This document shows positions 43,572-53,882 of a stretch of 64,000 nt of DNA, piece after piece (the stretch's first letter is position 1; every line of letters starts with the position of its first letter). The DNA is from an uncultured Planctomycetia bacterium (GTDB lineage: Bacteria > Omnitrophota > Gorgyraeia > Tantalellales > Tantalellaceae): NCBI GenBank assembly GCA_964409365.1, contig CAYPCX010000001.1, forward strand, positions 312,699 to 376,698. The letters run 5' to 3'. The translations under genes and the position numbers were made by a program. Under the pieces are notes generated by a model. The model ran no database searches. It had not been told where the DNA came from and saw only the letters and a program-made list of their open reading frames with translations.

Positions 43572-44616
43572 CAGGATAGACCGCAAGGTCATAAAAGCCA
43601 TCGCGGAACAGATATCCGACCTCATGGACAGGGGCATGGAGGTCATACTCGTCTCTTCCGGCGCCATAGGGTCCGGGCTGGGCCTGTTGAAGCTCGAGAA
43701 GAAGGGCAAGTCCCTGTCGGAGCTCCAGGCGATAGCGAGCGTCGGCCAGAATCACCTGATGGACATGTACAACGAGTGTTTCAATAAAAGGGGATATATG
43801 GCCGGGCAGCTCCTTCTCACGCAGGAAGATTTCAACGACCGCCGGCGCTTCCTGAACATCAGGTACACGTTGAACACGCTCCTCAAGTACAGGGCCGTCC
43901 CGATAGTGAACGAGAACGATTCGGTATCGACCGATGAGATCAAATGCGGCGACAACGACCGGCTTTCCAGCCTGGTAGCGGATATAGCCAACGCGGGCCT
44001 TTTGATCATACTTACCGATGTCGAGGGATTGTTCGACAAGAAAGGGGATCTGGTCGGCCGGGTAGAGACCATGACGGGAAAAGTAAGGTCGTTGTGCCGG
44101 GGTAAGGGCAGCGAGGTAAGCACCGGCGGCATGATGACGAAACTGGAAGCGGCCGAGAACGCCACACGCGCGGGGATAGAGAGCGTTATCTCCAGGGGAA
44201 GGAGAAAGAACGTCATCCTGGACATTGTCGAGGGGAAGAAAGTGGGTACCAGGTTTTCAGCGGGTAAAAAGCCCCTCAGGGCGAGAAAGAGATGGATAGC
44301 CTTCAGCCTCAAACCCAAAGGCAGGATCGTTGTCGACGAAGGAGCCGAAAAAGCGCTCGTAGATAAGAATAAGAGCCTTTTGCCCGGTGGGGTGGTAGGC
44401 GTTTCCGGCACCTTCACGGACGGGGACGTCGTGGAGGTCGTGAGCGCCCGCAGGAAAGTGATAGCAAGGGGGCTTACCAACTATTCCTCTGATGAGATAG
44501 AGAAGATCAAGGGTAAGAGGAGCGACAGGATAGAGGCCGAGCTCGGGTACAAAGATTACGACGAGGTCGTGCACAGGGATAATCTTGTGATCCTTGGAGA
44601 AAAAGATGAGAACTAA
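43501..44616 (+). CDS. proB: Glutamate 5-kinase (with PUA domain)
   Basis: AAK family N-term (RITIKVGT), C-terminal PUA; 71-nt overlap with obg, so start uncertain. Confidence 0.9.
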   Translation: MSGKKGSKRITIKVGTRVLTDSRNRIDRKVIKAIAEQISDLMDRGMEVILVSSGAIGSGLGLLKLEKKGKSLSELQAIASVGQNHLMDMYNECFNKRGYMAGQLLLTQEDFNDRRRFLNIRYTLNTLLKYRAVPIVNENDSVSTDEIKCGDNDRLSSLVADIANAGLLIILTDVEGLFDKKGDLVGRVETMTGKVRSLCRGKGSEVSTGGMMTKLEAAENATRAGIESVISRGRRKNVILDIVEGKKVGTRFSAGKKPLRARKRWIAFSLKPKGRIVVDEGAEKALVDKNKSLLPGGVVGVSGTFTDGDVVEVVSARRKVIARGLTNYSSDEIEKIKGKRSDRIEAELGYKDYDEVVHRDNLVILGEKDEN

Positions 44617-45865
44617 TGAGATCATCAGGGACATGACCGCCAGGGCCGGCCGCGCGGCGGCGAGCCTCGCGATCATGCCCGCGGGGAAAAAGGACCGTAT
44701 CCTGCTGGCGATGGCGGAAGCGCTGGAGGCGGCCAGAGACGATATCAAAAAAGCTAATGAGGCCGATCTGGACGCGGCCGGGAAGAAGGGGAAAAATAAG
44801 GCTTTTCTGGACCGGCTGAGGCTGGATGATAAGAGGATAGACGGCATGTGCGGGATGCTGCGGGATGTCGCGGCCCTGGAAGACCCGGTAGGGGCCGTAC
44901 TGGACAGAAATGAACGCCCTAACGGCCTTCTGGTGGAAAAAGTGCGCGTGCCCATAGGGGTCATAGGGATAATATACGAATCCCGGCCCAACGTGACGGC
45001 GGATTGTATCTCATTGTGCCTCAAATCGGGAAATTCCGTAATACTCCGCGGAGGGAGCGAATCGATAAAGTCCAATAAGGCGATCTATAACGCGATGAAA
45101 GACGCTGCTTTGAAAGAAGGCCTGGACGAAGGGGCATTCATACTGATAGAGGACGCCTCGCGCGATCTTGTCGAGGCCATGCTGAAAGCCTCGGACGGCA
45201 TCGACCTTATCATGCCCCGCGGCGGAGAGGCTCTGATAAAAGAGGTGGTGGAAAAGAGCAGGGTCCCCGTGATCAAGCATTACAAAGGGATCTGCCACGT
45301 ATACGTGGACGAACATGCCGACCTGGGTATGGCGGGAGACATTTGTTACAACGCTAAGGTCCAGCGGCCCGGCGTCTGCAACGCGATGGAGACCATGCTC
45401 GTGCATGAGGGCGTCGCGGAAGAATTCCTTCCCGTGATAGCGAAAAGGCTCCGCGAAGCGGGAGTGTCGCTCAAGGGGTGTTCCCGCGCGAGGGAGATAC
45501 TCGGGGGCGGCCTCGCCGGGGCGACCGACGAAGATTACGCGACCGAATGGCTGGACCTTGTCCTGAACATCCGTGTGGTGGGATCCCTGGACGAGGCTGT
45601 GGCCCATATCGCGAAGTTTGGATCGGACCATTCAGACGCGATCGTTACGGCGAACGAGGACAACGCCCGGGAGTTCTTGCGCAGGGTGGATTCCGCGGCT
45701 GTCTATGTCAACGCTTCCACCAGGTTCACCGACGGCGGCGAGTTCGGCAAGGGCGCCGAGATAGGTATCTCGACGGACAAACTCCACGCCCGGGGGCCGA
45801 TGGGGCTGGAAGAGCTTTGCACGTATAAGTACGTGGTGCACGGCAGCGGACAGATCCGCACCTGA
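44594..45865 (+). CDS. proA: Gamma-glutamyl phosphate reductase
   Basis: ALDH-like fold, catalytic Cys block (GICHVYVD region) typical of ProA; 423 aa. Confidence 0.9.
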   Translation: MEKKMRTNEIIRDMTARAGRAAASLAIMPAGKKDRILLAMAEALEAARDDIKKANEADLDAAGKKGKNKAFLDRLRLDDKRIDGMCGMLRDVAALEDPVGAVLDRNERPNGLLVEKVRVPIGVIGIIYESRPNVTADCISLCLKSGNSVILRGGSESIKSNKAIYNAMKDAALKEGLDEGAFILIEDASRDLVEAMLKASDGIDLIMPRGGEALIKEVVEKSRVPVIKHYKGICHVYVDEHADLGMAGDICYNAKVQRPGVCNAMETMLVHEGVAEEFLPVIAKRLREAGVSLKGCSRAREILGGGLAGATDEDYATEWLDLVLNIRVVGSLDEAVAHIAKFGSDHSDAIVTANEDNAREFLRRVDSAAVYVNASTRFTDGGEFGKGAEIGISTDKLHARGPMGLEELCTYKYVVHGSGQIRT

Positions 45866-45955
45866 ATTAGGTGACAGGTGGAGGAAGAAGGCATGGTTTC
45901 CCAACGGTCTAAAACCTGAAACTTGGAACTTGAAACCTGAAACTTGAGGCCTGAA
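45866..45955. repeat. ~90-nt hairpin-plus-heptamer element, family 3, copy 3 (GAAACCT/GAAACTT heptamer tail)
   Basis: gtgacaggtggaggaagaaggcatggtttcccaacggtctaaaacctgaaacttggaacttgaaacctgaaacttgaggcctgaa. Confidence 0.75.
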
Positions 45956-46528
45956 ATGAAAATAGGACTGCTTGGAGGCACATTCAATCCCGTCCACATC
46001 GGGCATATGATACTTGCCCAGGAGTGCTGGTCACAGCTTGTGCTGGACAAGGTCATCTTCGTACCCGCGCGCATACCGCCTCTTAAGGAAATGGAAGGAA
46101 AGGCGTCGGACGAAGACCGCATGAACATGGTGCGCATGGCGGTCGAGGGGGATGACAGGTTCGAAACGTCCTCTTACGAGATGGGAAGGGACGAGGAGTC
46201 ATATTCGATCAACACGATAAAGCATTTCAGGAAGGAATACAGCCCGGACACCGAGTTGTTTTTCCTGACAGGCGCCGACGCGGCGGAGAGCCTTTCGATG
46301 TGGAAGGACATCGACGAGATCCTCGAGATGACGAATTTCGTGATCGCGACCCGTCCCGGATGGGGAGAGAAGAGCCCTTACGAAAGGAAGGTCTGGCGGA
46401 TAGTAATCCCCCAGATAGAGGTATCCTCCAGCATGATAAGAGAGCGGATACGGAACCGGGAGCCCATCGATTATCTGGTGCCGGCCCCGGTGGTGAAATA
46501 CATAATGAACAAAGGCCTGTATAAATAA
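45956..46528 (+). CDS. nadD: Nicotinate-nucleotide adenylyltransferase
   Basis: MKIGLLGGTFNPVHIGH (H/T-x-G-H motif) at N-term, about 190 aa. Confidence 0.85.
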   Translation: MKIGLLGGTFNPVHIGHMILAQECWSQLVLDKVIFVPARIPPLKEMEGKASDEDRMNMVRMAVEGDDRFETSSYEMGRDEESYSINTIKHFRKEYSPDTELFFLTGADAAESLSMWKDIDEILEMTNFVIATRPGWGEKSPYERKVWRIVIPQIEVSSSMIRERIRNREPIDYLVPAPVVKYIMNKGLYK

Positions 46529-46614
46529 TGACGAATGATTTTGACATTTGTCATTAATCTATGATAAACTTGACCCAGCTTAATAATAGGTAATATTAAA
46601 GGAGGTGTTTTTCC

Positions 46615-46761
46615 ATGGCACAGGGGTATTGCGTGAAATGCAAGGCGAAGAAAGAGATGAAAGACGCCAAAGAAGTCACCATGAAGAACGGCAGGAAGGC
46701 GCTTAAAGGTTGCTGTCCGGATTGCGGCACGGGCATGTACAAGATCCTCGGCAACAAATAA
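46615..46761 (+). CDS. Small (48 aa) zinc-ribbon protein (DUF5679-like), not in the supplied ORF track
   Basis: MAQGYCVKCKAKKEMKDAKEVTMKNGRKALKGCCPDCGTGMYKILGNK; perfect SD AAGGAGG 8 nt upstream; CxxC...CxxC. Confidence 0.55.
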   Translation: MAQGYCVKCKAKKEMKDAKEVTMKNGRKALKGCCPDCGTGMYKILGNK

Positions 46762-46788
46762 ACCGTTTAAGTTTAACGCAGATAATCA

Positions 46789-47172
46789 GTGGAGAAAGTG
46801 ACAGCCCGAGACAAGGCAGAGTTAATAGGACAGCTTGCGGCTGAAAAAAAAGGACAAGATATTGTCCTGATGGACATGCGGGGCATGTCGGCGATATACG
46901 ATTGGTTCGTTCTTATCAGCGCCAGTTCATCCCGCAGGCTGGGCGCTATCTCGAATTTTATCCAGGAAGGGCTCTCAAAACAGCGTATGCGCCCTTTGCA
47001 CGTGGAAGGCAAGGGCAATCCCTACTGGATCCTGCTTGACTTCGAAGATGTGGTAGCACATGTTTTCTACAAGGATATAAGGGAATTTTACGGGCTCGAA
47101 CGATTATGGTCCGACGCTCCCAGGGAACAATTAGACAACAAATGCTCGGTAAAGACGTCTCGCAAAAAATAG
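46789..47172 (+). CDS. rsfS: Ribosome silencing factor RsfS (Iojap family)
   Basis: DIVLMDMRG...DWFVLISASS...HVEG....WILLDF..VVAHVF pattern; nadD-rsfS linkage. Confidence 0.85.
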   Translation: MEKVTARDKAELIGQLAAEKKGQDIVLMDMRGMSAIYDWFVLISASSSRRLGAISNFIQEGLSKQRMRPLHVEGKGNPYWILLDFEDVVAHVFYKDIREFYGLERLWSDAPREQLDNKCSVKTSRKK

Positions 47173-48836
47173 AAAGCACCCTCCTTGAAGCAGTAAGAAG
47201 ATATTTCCGAGAAAACCTCCCCGGATCCGTTCTGCCCGAAGATACAGAAGCTTTTCTGCAGATGCCGCGCGATCCCAGGCACGGCGATCTTACCACGAAC
47301 GTGGCCATGCGCCTTTCGCGCGCGGCCCGCCGCCCTCCGCAGGAGCTCGCCGGGGGTATAACGTCCTGTTTCCGGGAGCTTCTCGATGCGTCCCATCTTT
47401 CGTCGCTTGTAGGCAAGGTCGAAGTAAAAGGGGCGTTCATAAACCTGTGGCTCTCCGACGAATATTTTCACAAACTTCTTGTGAATATTGTCCAGGAGAA
47501 GGATGATTTCGGCAGGTCCGGAGAAGGCCGCGGGAAGCGGGTGAACCTTGAATACGTGAGCGCCAATCCCACCGGCCCTCTCACCATAGCTCACGGCAGG
47601 CAGGCGGCGATAGGGGACGCGCTTTCGCGCATCCTTAGGTTCAACGGCTACGACGTAACGAGTGAGTATTACCTGAACGACGTCGGCCGGCAGATCAGCC
47701 TGCTTGGTGAATCGGTGGAGGCAAGGTACAGGAACCTCTTCGGGAAGGATGAACCTCTCCCCGAGGACGGTTATATGGGCGAATACATCACCGATATGGC
47801 CGAGGAGATAAAGTCGAAGAAAGGGGAGAGCCTTCTTGAAAGAAGCCCCGAAACGAGGAACTTTTTCATCAGTTATGCTGTCAAATACATGATGGACATG
47901 ATCAGGGAGGACCTCGCGGCTTTCGGGGTAACGTTTGATACCTGGACAAGCCAGGCGGAACTCGAGGGACGGAAAGAGGTCGACAGGGTAATGGAGGATC
48001 TTGCTAAGGCGGGTTATCTATATGAGGAAGATGGGGCCAAGTGGTTCGCTTCGAGCAGGCTCGGCGACGATAAGGACCGGGTGGTCGTGAAAAGCGACGG
48101 AGCGTACACCTACCTCGCGCCCGACATAGCTTACCACGGGGACAAGTACTCGAGGGGATACTGTAAACTTATAGACCTGCTCGGGCCGGACCACCACGGG
48201 TATATAAAAAGGATGAAAGCCGCGGTGCAAGCGCTGGGCAAGGGAAAAGGCTCTCTCGATATACTTATCGTACAGCTGGTCACGCTGCTCAGGGGAGGGG
48301 AGGCCGTCCAGATGTCCACCCGCAGGGGCGAGTTCATATCCTTGAGGGAGATCATCGATGAACTGGGGAAGGATATCACCCGGTTCATATTCCTGTCACG
48401 GCGGCTGGACAGCCACCTGGATTTTGACATCGAAGTGGCCAAGAAAGAATCCACGGACAACCCGGTTTTCTATATACAGTACGCCCACGCCAGGATCTGC
48501 AGCATAAAGAAGTTCAGCCGCGGGAAATCGTTCAAACTGTTCTTCCGGAAGGTGAGGCCGGGACTTTTAACGGCTAAAGAGGAAAAAGAGCTTATAAGGA
48601 AGCTCGCGGAGTTCCCCTTTGCGGCCAGGCAGAGCGCGGAAGCGCTGGAGCCGAACCGGCTCACGGTCTATCTCAACGAGCTGGCACGCGTCTTTCATTC
48701 TTTTTATACCGAATGCCGCGTAGTTTCCGAGGACGCGGCTCTTTCCAAAGCGAGATTGTTCCTCGTCGAGTGCGTCCGCATCGTGCTGGCTAACGGGCTG
48801 GGCCTTTTGAACATCACCCTGCCCGAAAAGATGTAA
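47142..48836 (+). CDS. argS: Arginine--tRNA ligase
   Basis: Class I HIGH-like ANPTGPLTIAHGR, DALR anticodon-binding C-term; start chosen at MLGKD (30-nt overlap with rsfS). Confidence 0.9.
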   Translation: MLGKDVSQKIESTLLEAVRRYFRENLPGSVLPEDTEAFLQMPRDPRHGDLTTNVAMRLSRAARRPPQELAGGITSCFRELLDASHLSSLVGKVEVKGAFINLWLSDEYFHKLLVNIVQEKDDFGRSGEGRGKRVNLEYVSANPTGPLTIAHGRQAAIGDALSRILRFNGYDVTSEYYLNDVGRQISLLGESVEARYRNLFGKDEPLPEDGYMGEYITDMAEEIKSKKGESLLERSPETRNFFISYAVKYMMDMIREDLAAFGVTFDTWTSQAELEGRKEVDRVMEDLAKAGYLYEEDGAKWFASSRLGDDKDRVVVKSDGAYTYLAPDIAYHGDKYSRGYCKLIDLLGPDHHGYIKRMKAAVQALGKGKGSLDILIVQLVTLLRGGEAVQMSTRRGEFISLREIIDELGKDITRFIFLSRRLDSHLDFDIEVAKKESTDNPVFYIQYAHARICSIKKFSRGKSFKLFFRKVRPGLLTAKEEKELIRKLAEFPFAARQSAEALEPNRLTVYLNELARVFHSFYTECRVVSEDAALSKARLFLVECVRIVLANGLGLLNITLPEKM

Positions 48837-48869
48837 TGAATACATTTTCTAAAGGTCAATTATCCATCG

Positions 48870-50762
48870 ATGTTCGAATCCCTTAAACTTTACGTCAAAG
48901 AGACCGCTGATCAGGACGAGATCCTCTCTTCCCTGGACAGGTACGGTTACACCAGGTGCGGGAAGATATCGATAGAAGGCGATTACAGCCTGGTCGGCGA
49001 GACCCTGACGATCTTTCCCGTGACCTTCGAATATCCCGTGAGGATAGACCTGGCCGGCGGCAAGGTCCGTTCCATAAAAAGCGTGGACCTTGTCTCCTTC
49101 AGGACGATCACGGACCATAACGGGGTGATCATACTGCCGGTGGGCGTATTGAGGCGGACAAAGGTCAAGAAGCTCCCCATGGAGCTGGGAGAGCAGCCGA
49201 TAGATTCGTTCGTGGACATCGAACCCGGTGACCTTATCGTCCATATCGATTACGGGATCGGTAAATACCTGGGCATGCAGCGCGTACGGCGCGAGGGAAG
49301 AACAAAAGATTATTTCGTAATGGAATACAAAGGCGGGGACAAGCTTTACATCGAGAACAAGGACCTCCACAAGCTGCAGAGATATATCTCGTTCCACAAA
49401 AGGCCTCCCCAGCTCAGCAGCCTCAAGGGCAAAGGCTGGGAAGCGGCCAAGAAAAAGGCTTCTCACGGTGTCGCCAGGATAGCCAAGGATCTGTTGACGC
49501 TCCAGGCCAGGAGACAGAGCATGTCCGGTTACATTTTCAGCAAAGACACCGACTGGCAGGAAGAGGTAGAAGAGGCCTTTCCGTATAGAGAGACCCCCGA
49601 CCAGCTCAAGGCGACAGAGGACGTCAAACGGGATATGGAAAAAGAGCGTCCGATGGACCGGCTCCTTTGCGGGGACGTGGGGTACGGGAAGACGGAGGTC
49701 GCCATGCGCGCCGCGTTCAAGGCCGTGATGGACAACAAACAGGTGGCTTTTCTGGTCCCGACCACGATCCTTGCGGAACAGCATACCGATACGTTCACGA
49801 AAAGGCTTAAGGATTACCCGGTCAATATCCGGATGCTGAACCGTTTCCGCACCCCGGCCGAACAGGAACGCATTCTCAAAGACCTCGAAGAGGGAAAGGT
49901 GGACATAGTCGTCGGTACGCACCGTCTTCTTTCCAGCGACGTTAAATTCAAGGACCTGGGCCTTCTCATCGTCGACGAGGAACAGCGTTTCGGGGTCACG
50001 CACAAGGAGAAGATCAAGAGGATGCGGGTCAACGTGGATGTCTTGACACTTACAGCTACACCGATCCCGAGGACGCTTTATCTTGCGCTTATGGGCGGGA
50101 AGGACATATCGGTAATAGAGACGCCCCCGCTGGAACGTATACCCGTCCACACGGAGATCCTGGAATACGACAAAAAAAGGATCAGGGAGGCGATACAAAA
50201 AGAACTTTCCAGGAAGGGCCAGGTCTATTACGTCCACAACAGGGTGGAGACGATAGACAGGGTGGCCTCCGACGTGAGCAAACTCGTGCCGTCGGCGCGT
50301 CTTTTGGTGGGGCACGGGCAGATGAGCTCCAGGACGCTGGAAAAGACCATGCTGAAATTCATGAAAAATGAGGTCGATATTCTCGTGTGCACCACGATCA
50401 TCGAATCGGGCATTGATATACCCAATGCCAATACCATGGTCATAGACAACGCCGACAGGTTCGGTCTGGCCGATCTTTACCAGCTCAGGGGCAGGATCGG
50501 CAGGTTCGACCGCAAGGCGTATGCGTACCTTCTCGTGCGGGACCTGTCCACGCTGACGCACGAGGTGCAGGCAAGGCTCAGCGCCATAAAGAAGTACCAG
50601 GAGCTGGGTTCCGGCTTCAAGATCGCCATGCATGACCTGGAGATGAGAGGGGCCGGGAATATACTGGGAGTGCAGCAGAGCGGGTTCATAGACCAGGTAG
50701 GATTCGATCTTTACTGCCGTCTGCTCAAGGAAGAGATAGTGAAACTCGAGGCCGCCGGGTAA
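48870..50762 (+). CDS. mfd: Transcription-repair coupling factor Mfd-like, short form (630 aa; lacks UvrB-homology N-terminal domains and C-terminal D7)
   Basis: CarD/TRCF RNAP-interaction domain ([13 protein letters not shown]), SF2 helicase motif [16 protein letters not shown] box, TRG motif QLRGRIGR. Confidence 0.75.
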   Translation: MFESLKLYVKETADQDEILSSLDRYGYTRCGKISIEGDYSLVGETLTIFPVTFEYPVRIDLAGGKVRSIKSVDLVSFRTITDHNGVIILPVGVLRRTKVKKLPMELGEQPIDSFVDIEPGDLIVHIDYGIGKYLGMQRVRREGRTKDYFVMEYKGGDKLYIENKDLHKLQRYISFHKRPPQLSSLKGKGWEAAKKKASHGVARIAKDLLTLQARRQSMSGYIFSKDTDWQEEVEEAFPYRETPDQLKATEDVKRDMEKERPMDRLLCGDVGYGKTEVAMRAAFKAVMDNKQVAFLVPTTILAEQHTDTFTKRLKDYPVNIRMLNRFRTPAEQERILKDLEEGKVDIVVGTHRLLSSDVKFKDLGLLIVDEEQRFGVTHKEKIKRMRVNVDVLTLTATPIPRTLYLALMGGKDISVIETPPLERIPVHTEILEYDKKRIREAIQKELSRKGQVYYVHNRVETIDRVASDVSKLVPSARLLVGHGQMSSRTLEKTMLKFMKNEVDILVCTTIIESGIDIPNANTMVIDNADRFGLADLYQLRGRIGRFDRKAYAYLLVRDLSTLTHEVQARLSAIKKYQELGSGFKIAMHDLEMRGAGNILGVQQSGFIDQVGFDLYCRLLKEEIVKLEAAG

Positions 50763-50820
50763 AACCCTTGAAGACGGCACCTTATTTTGATATGATATCT
50801 ACAGTATATTCAGGTGCTAC

Positions 50821-51750
50821 ATGTTAAATGTCCCAATTACTAAAATACTACTGGTCTTGACGGTGGTTCTTTGTGTCCCGCTCTCCGGATGCGGTAATAA
50901 TACCCCCAAAGCAGAAGTGGTGGCTTCCGTAGGCGAGGCCAGGATAACCATTGTGGATTTCAACGAGAGGATCGCCAACCTTCCCGACCGTTATCAGGAT
51001 ATAGTAAAAAAAAGGAAAGGCGAATTCCTTGAGGACCTGATAAACGATACGCTCTTGTATCAGGAAGCCATCAAGGAAGGCTTTCATAAGGACGAGGACG
51101 TAAAGAAGGTCATCCAGGAAGCCAGGAAGAAGATACTGATAGCGAGGCTCTTGAAAGACAAGGTCGATGATACCATCAGCATCTCCGAGGAGGACATCCA
51201 GGTCTTTTACGATAAGAACAAGGAGAAATACAAGACTCCCGAGATAATGAGGGCGTCGCACATACTTGTTCCCAAACGCGAGACCGCCGAACTGATATTG
51301 TCCGAGATCAACGAAGGGACGTCTTTCGAGGATATGGCGAGGGCCAAGTCGGTCGACCCCACCGCCCAGAGGGCGGGGGACATAGGTTATTTTCCCAAGG
51401 GACAGCTCATGCCGGATTTCGAGAAAGCTTGTTCGGTCCTCGAGGTCAATGAGATAAGCGGCGTGGTCAAGACGAAACTGGGGTACCATATAATCAAACT
51501 GACCGATCGTAAGGCGCCGCAGGTGGTACCGTTGGACCGTGTGCGGGACAAGATCAGGCAGGAGATCCGTACGGCCGAACGCCAGAGGGTGTTCAACGAG
51601 CTTCTCGACCGTCTCAGGAAAGAGACGGACATAGAGATAAACCAGGAGGCGCTTTCAAAAGCAGGACAGGAAGAGAGTGTTGAAGAAAGTACTGAAACCA
51701 TGACCGAAAGTAAAGCAGATGCAAATAAGGAGGCAACTGATGATCAGTAA
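50821..51750 (+). CDS. Parvulin-type peptidyl-prolyl isomerase lipoprotein (PrsA/SurA-like)
   Basis: Lipobox LSGC, SurA_N-like helical region, PpiC domain (HILV...GDIGYFPKGQL...GYHIIKL). Confidence 0.75.
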   Translation: MLNVPITKILLVLTVVLCVPLSGCGNNTPKAEVVASVGEARITIVDFNERIANLPDRYQDIVKKRKGEFLEDLINDTLLYQEAIKEGFHKDEDVKKVIQEARKKILIARLLKDKVDDTISISEEDIQVFYDKNKEKYKTPEIMRASHILVPKRETAELILSEINEGTSFEDMARAKSVDPTAQRAGDIGYFPKGQLMPDFEKACSVLEVNEISGVVKTKLGYHIIKLTDRKAPQVVPLDRVRDKIRQEIRTAERQRVFNELLDRLRKETDIEINQEALSKAGQEESVEESTETMTESKADANKEATDDQ

Positions 51751-52711
51751 AAAGATACCGGTGTTTTCGTTGTTGGCCACGGCCATTTTGTGTGTTTTCA
51801 TGGCTTCCTCGGCAGTCCCGGCGGCTGTCATCGATAAGGTCATCGTTGTGGTCAACGATGAGGTCGTGACCCAGCGCGAATTCGACAGGATGTTCGAGCC
51901 GGTCCGGCAGAACTACGAACAGAACTTCAAGGGCGAAGAGCTTGAGAAGCGTCTGACGATGGCGAGAAAAGGGCTATTGGAGCAGCTTATAAACTCCAAG
52001 CTGGCCATCAGCCTGGCCAAAAAAGAGAAGGTCGAGATCGACGAAACAGAACTGGCTGCCAGGATAGACAAGATCAAGGCATTCTATCCCGATGAGAAGG
52101 AGTTCCTCAAGGCGCTCAGCGACAGGGGCACCAACCTGACCGAGTTCGAACGTGATATGCGCGAGCAGATGCTGGCCCAGAAGATCGTGGAACAGGAAGT
52201 GGCCGGCAAGATAGTCATCACTCCCGTGGAAGTAAGCGACCTGTACGAAAAGAACAAGGAGAAGATGGTGTCTCCCCACAGCGTCAAGTTGCGGGGGATC
52301 ATGGTGCGCCGGCAGGAAGGTGACGCGGAAGCAGGAAAGCAGAAAGCGGCGAAATTAGCCGCCAAGGCGAAAAAGGGTAAAGGCAAGGACTTTGCCGAAC
52401 TGGCCAAAAATGAATCAGAGGGGCCTTTCGCCGACCGCGGCGGCGATATGGGATACGTGGTAAAAGGGCAGATGGTCCAGGAGATAGACGATGTGGTATT
52501 CGACCTCAAGAAGGGCCAGATCTCGGACGTGGTCGAGACGCAGCTGGGATACCATATCTTTTTCGTGGAAGATATACAGGAGTCCAGGCCTCTTGAATTC
52601 GATGAGGTCAGCGACTTCCTCAAGAACCAGCTTTACAAGAGGAAGTTCGAGGCGGAACTGGTCAAATGGCTTGAAGACAAAAGAAAGAATGCTTATATCT
52701 CATATAAATAA
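51719..52711 (+). CDS. surA: Periplasmic chaperone / PPIase SurA-like
   Basis: Signal peptide, SurA_N domain, one parvulin domain (GDMGYV.KGQ...LGYHIF); directly upstream of pdxA-rsmA as in the Proteobacteria. Confidence 0.7.
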   Translation: MQIRRQLMISKKIPVFSLLATAILCVFMASSAVPAAVIDKVIVVVNDEVVTQREFDRMFEPVRQNYEQNFKGEELEKRLTMARKGLLEQLINSKLAISLAKKEKVEIDETELAARIDKIKAFYPDEKEFLKALSDRGTNLTEFERDMREQMLAQKIVEQEVAGKIVITPVEVSDLYEKNKEKMVSPHSVKLRGIMVRRQEGDAEAGKQKAAKLAAKAKKGKGKDFAELAKNESEGPFADRGGDMGYVVKGQMVQEIDDVVFDLKKGQISDVVETQLGYHIFFVEDIQESRPLEFDEVSDFLKNQLYKRKFEAELVKWLEDKRKNAYISYK

Positions 52712-53714
52712 GCCCCATATATTCATCACCATGGGGGACCCTTCCGGGATAGGCCCGGAAGTGGTGACCAGATCGATGGCAAGCCCGGAAATGGACGGGC
52801 TTGCCGTTTTTATCATATTAGGTGATGCCGGTGTCATCGCAAAGGCGTCGAAGGGTGTCCTTGATGAGGAATACCCCGTGTACCGGCCTGGTGGAGGGGG
52901 AAAAATAGAGCTCGGACCGCATGCTGTCAACGTGGTCGATCCGGGGCCTGAGCTTGAGAACGCCGAACCTGGAAGACCCGATAACGAGGGTTCAAAGAAA
53001 GCCCTTGAGTGTCTTGAGGGCGCGGTGCGTCTCATGCGGGATATCCCCGCAGGTGTACCCAGGGCGCTGGTCACGGCGCCTCTCAGTAAAGAGAGGGTAG
53101 CCTCTGTCCATCCGGGATTTGTAGGGCACACGGAGTATCTCCAGGAAGCTTTTTCGTCCGATATGGTCACGATGGTCATGATCGGGGAGCATCTCCGGGT
53201 GGTGCCTGTCACAAGGCATATCCCTCTCAGGGAGGTCGCCGCGGTACTTACGAAAGACCTTGTGCTGCGTACACTGGAACAGGTCGCCGAGAACAGTTCT
53301 CTCATAAGCGGGAAAGACGACGCGAAGATAGGCGTGTCCGCCCTGAACCCTCACTGCGGGGAAGGGGGCAAGATAGGGACCGAGGAGATCGATATTATCT
53401 CACCCGCCGTTGAAGAAGCAAAAAAGCGTTATCCCGGCATTATCGGCCCCGTTTCGGCTGACGTGGTCTTCACCAGGGCCATGAAACAGGAGATAGACAT
53501 AGTCGTTGCCATGTACCACGACCAGGGTCTGGGGCCCTTCAAGATGGTGGACTTTGACAACGGCGTCAACATGACGCTCGGCCTGGACTATGTGCGCACC
53601 TCCCCCGACCATGGCACGGCCTTCGACATCGCCGGAAAGGGCATCGCGAGCCCCCATTCCATGCAGCGGGCTATCAAGCTCGCGGTAAATGCATGTACCG
53701 GTGTCAACGTTTGA
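52689..53714 (+). CDS. pdxA: 4-hydroxythreonine-4-phosphate dehydrogenase
   Basis: KPHIFITMGDPSGIGPEV N-term and HGTAFDIAGKGIA C-term motifs; start overlaps surA stop. Confidence 0.85.
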   Translation: MLISHINKPHIFITMGDPSGIGPEVVTRSMASPEMDGLAVFIILGDAGVIAKASKGVLDEEYPVYRPGGGGKIELGPHAVNVVDPGPELENAEPGRPDNEGSKKALECLEGAVRLMRDIPAGVPRALVTAPLSKERVASVHPGFVGHTEYLQEAFSSDMVTMVMIGEHLRVVPVTRHIPLREVAAVLTKDLVLRTLEQVAENSSLISGKDDAKIGVSALNPHCGEGGKIGTEEIDIISPAVEEAKKRYPGIIGPVSADVVFTRAMKQEIDIVVAMYHDQGLGPFKMVDFDNGVNMTLGLDYVRTSPDHGTAFDIAGKGIASPHSMQRAIKLAVNACTGVNV

Positions 53715-53734
53715 GCGGTTTTTAATACAGCAAC

Positions 53735-53832
53735 GAAAAAGGAAAGGACCTCCCGTGCTCAAACAGTTTTTGCCGCGCCCATTTCCAACAGCAAAAAAAC
53801 TGCGCGCGGGAGACCATTTCCTTTTTTTATGG
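53735..53832. repeat. ~95-nt long-hairpin intergenic element, copy C
   Basis: GGAAAGGACCTCCCGTGCTCAAACAGTTTTTGC-cgcgcccatttccaaCAGCAAAAAAACTGCGCGCGGGAGACCATTTCCTTTTT. Confidence 0.85.
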
Positions 53833-53882
53833 CCCTGTTCAAAGCAGTTCGATCGTTAACTAACGATATATGATATGAGGGT

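Noticed and set aside
48855-48885. tRNA T-loop-like string GATGTTCGAATCCC
   Set aside because: It is the start of mfd (ATG TTC GAA TCC = MFES). No acceptor or anticodon stem can be formed from the flanking sequence, so it is not a tRNA.
48849-50780. 643-aa ORF on the minus strand
   Set aside because: Exactly antisense to the well-supported mfd gene. It is a shadow ORF with no motifs. The same applies to the other long minus-strand ORFs (20831-21784, 22780-23814, 24367-25518, 28738-29889, 58169-59548, 60457-61686), which are antisense to pilB, pilC, pilM/N, ctpA and tsaD.
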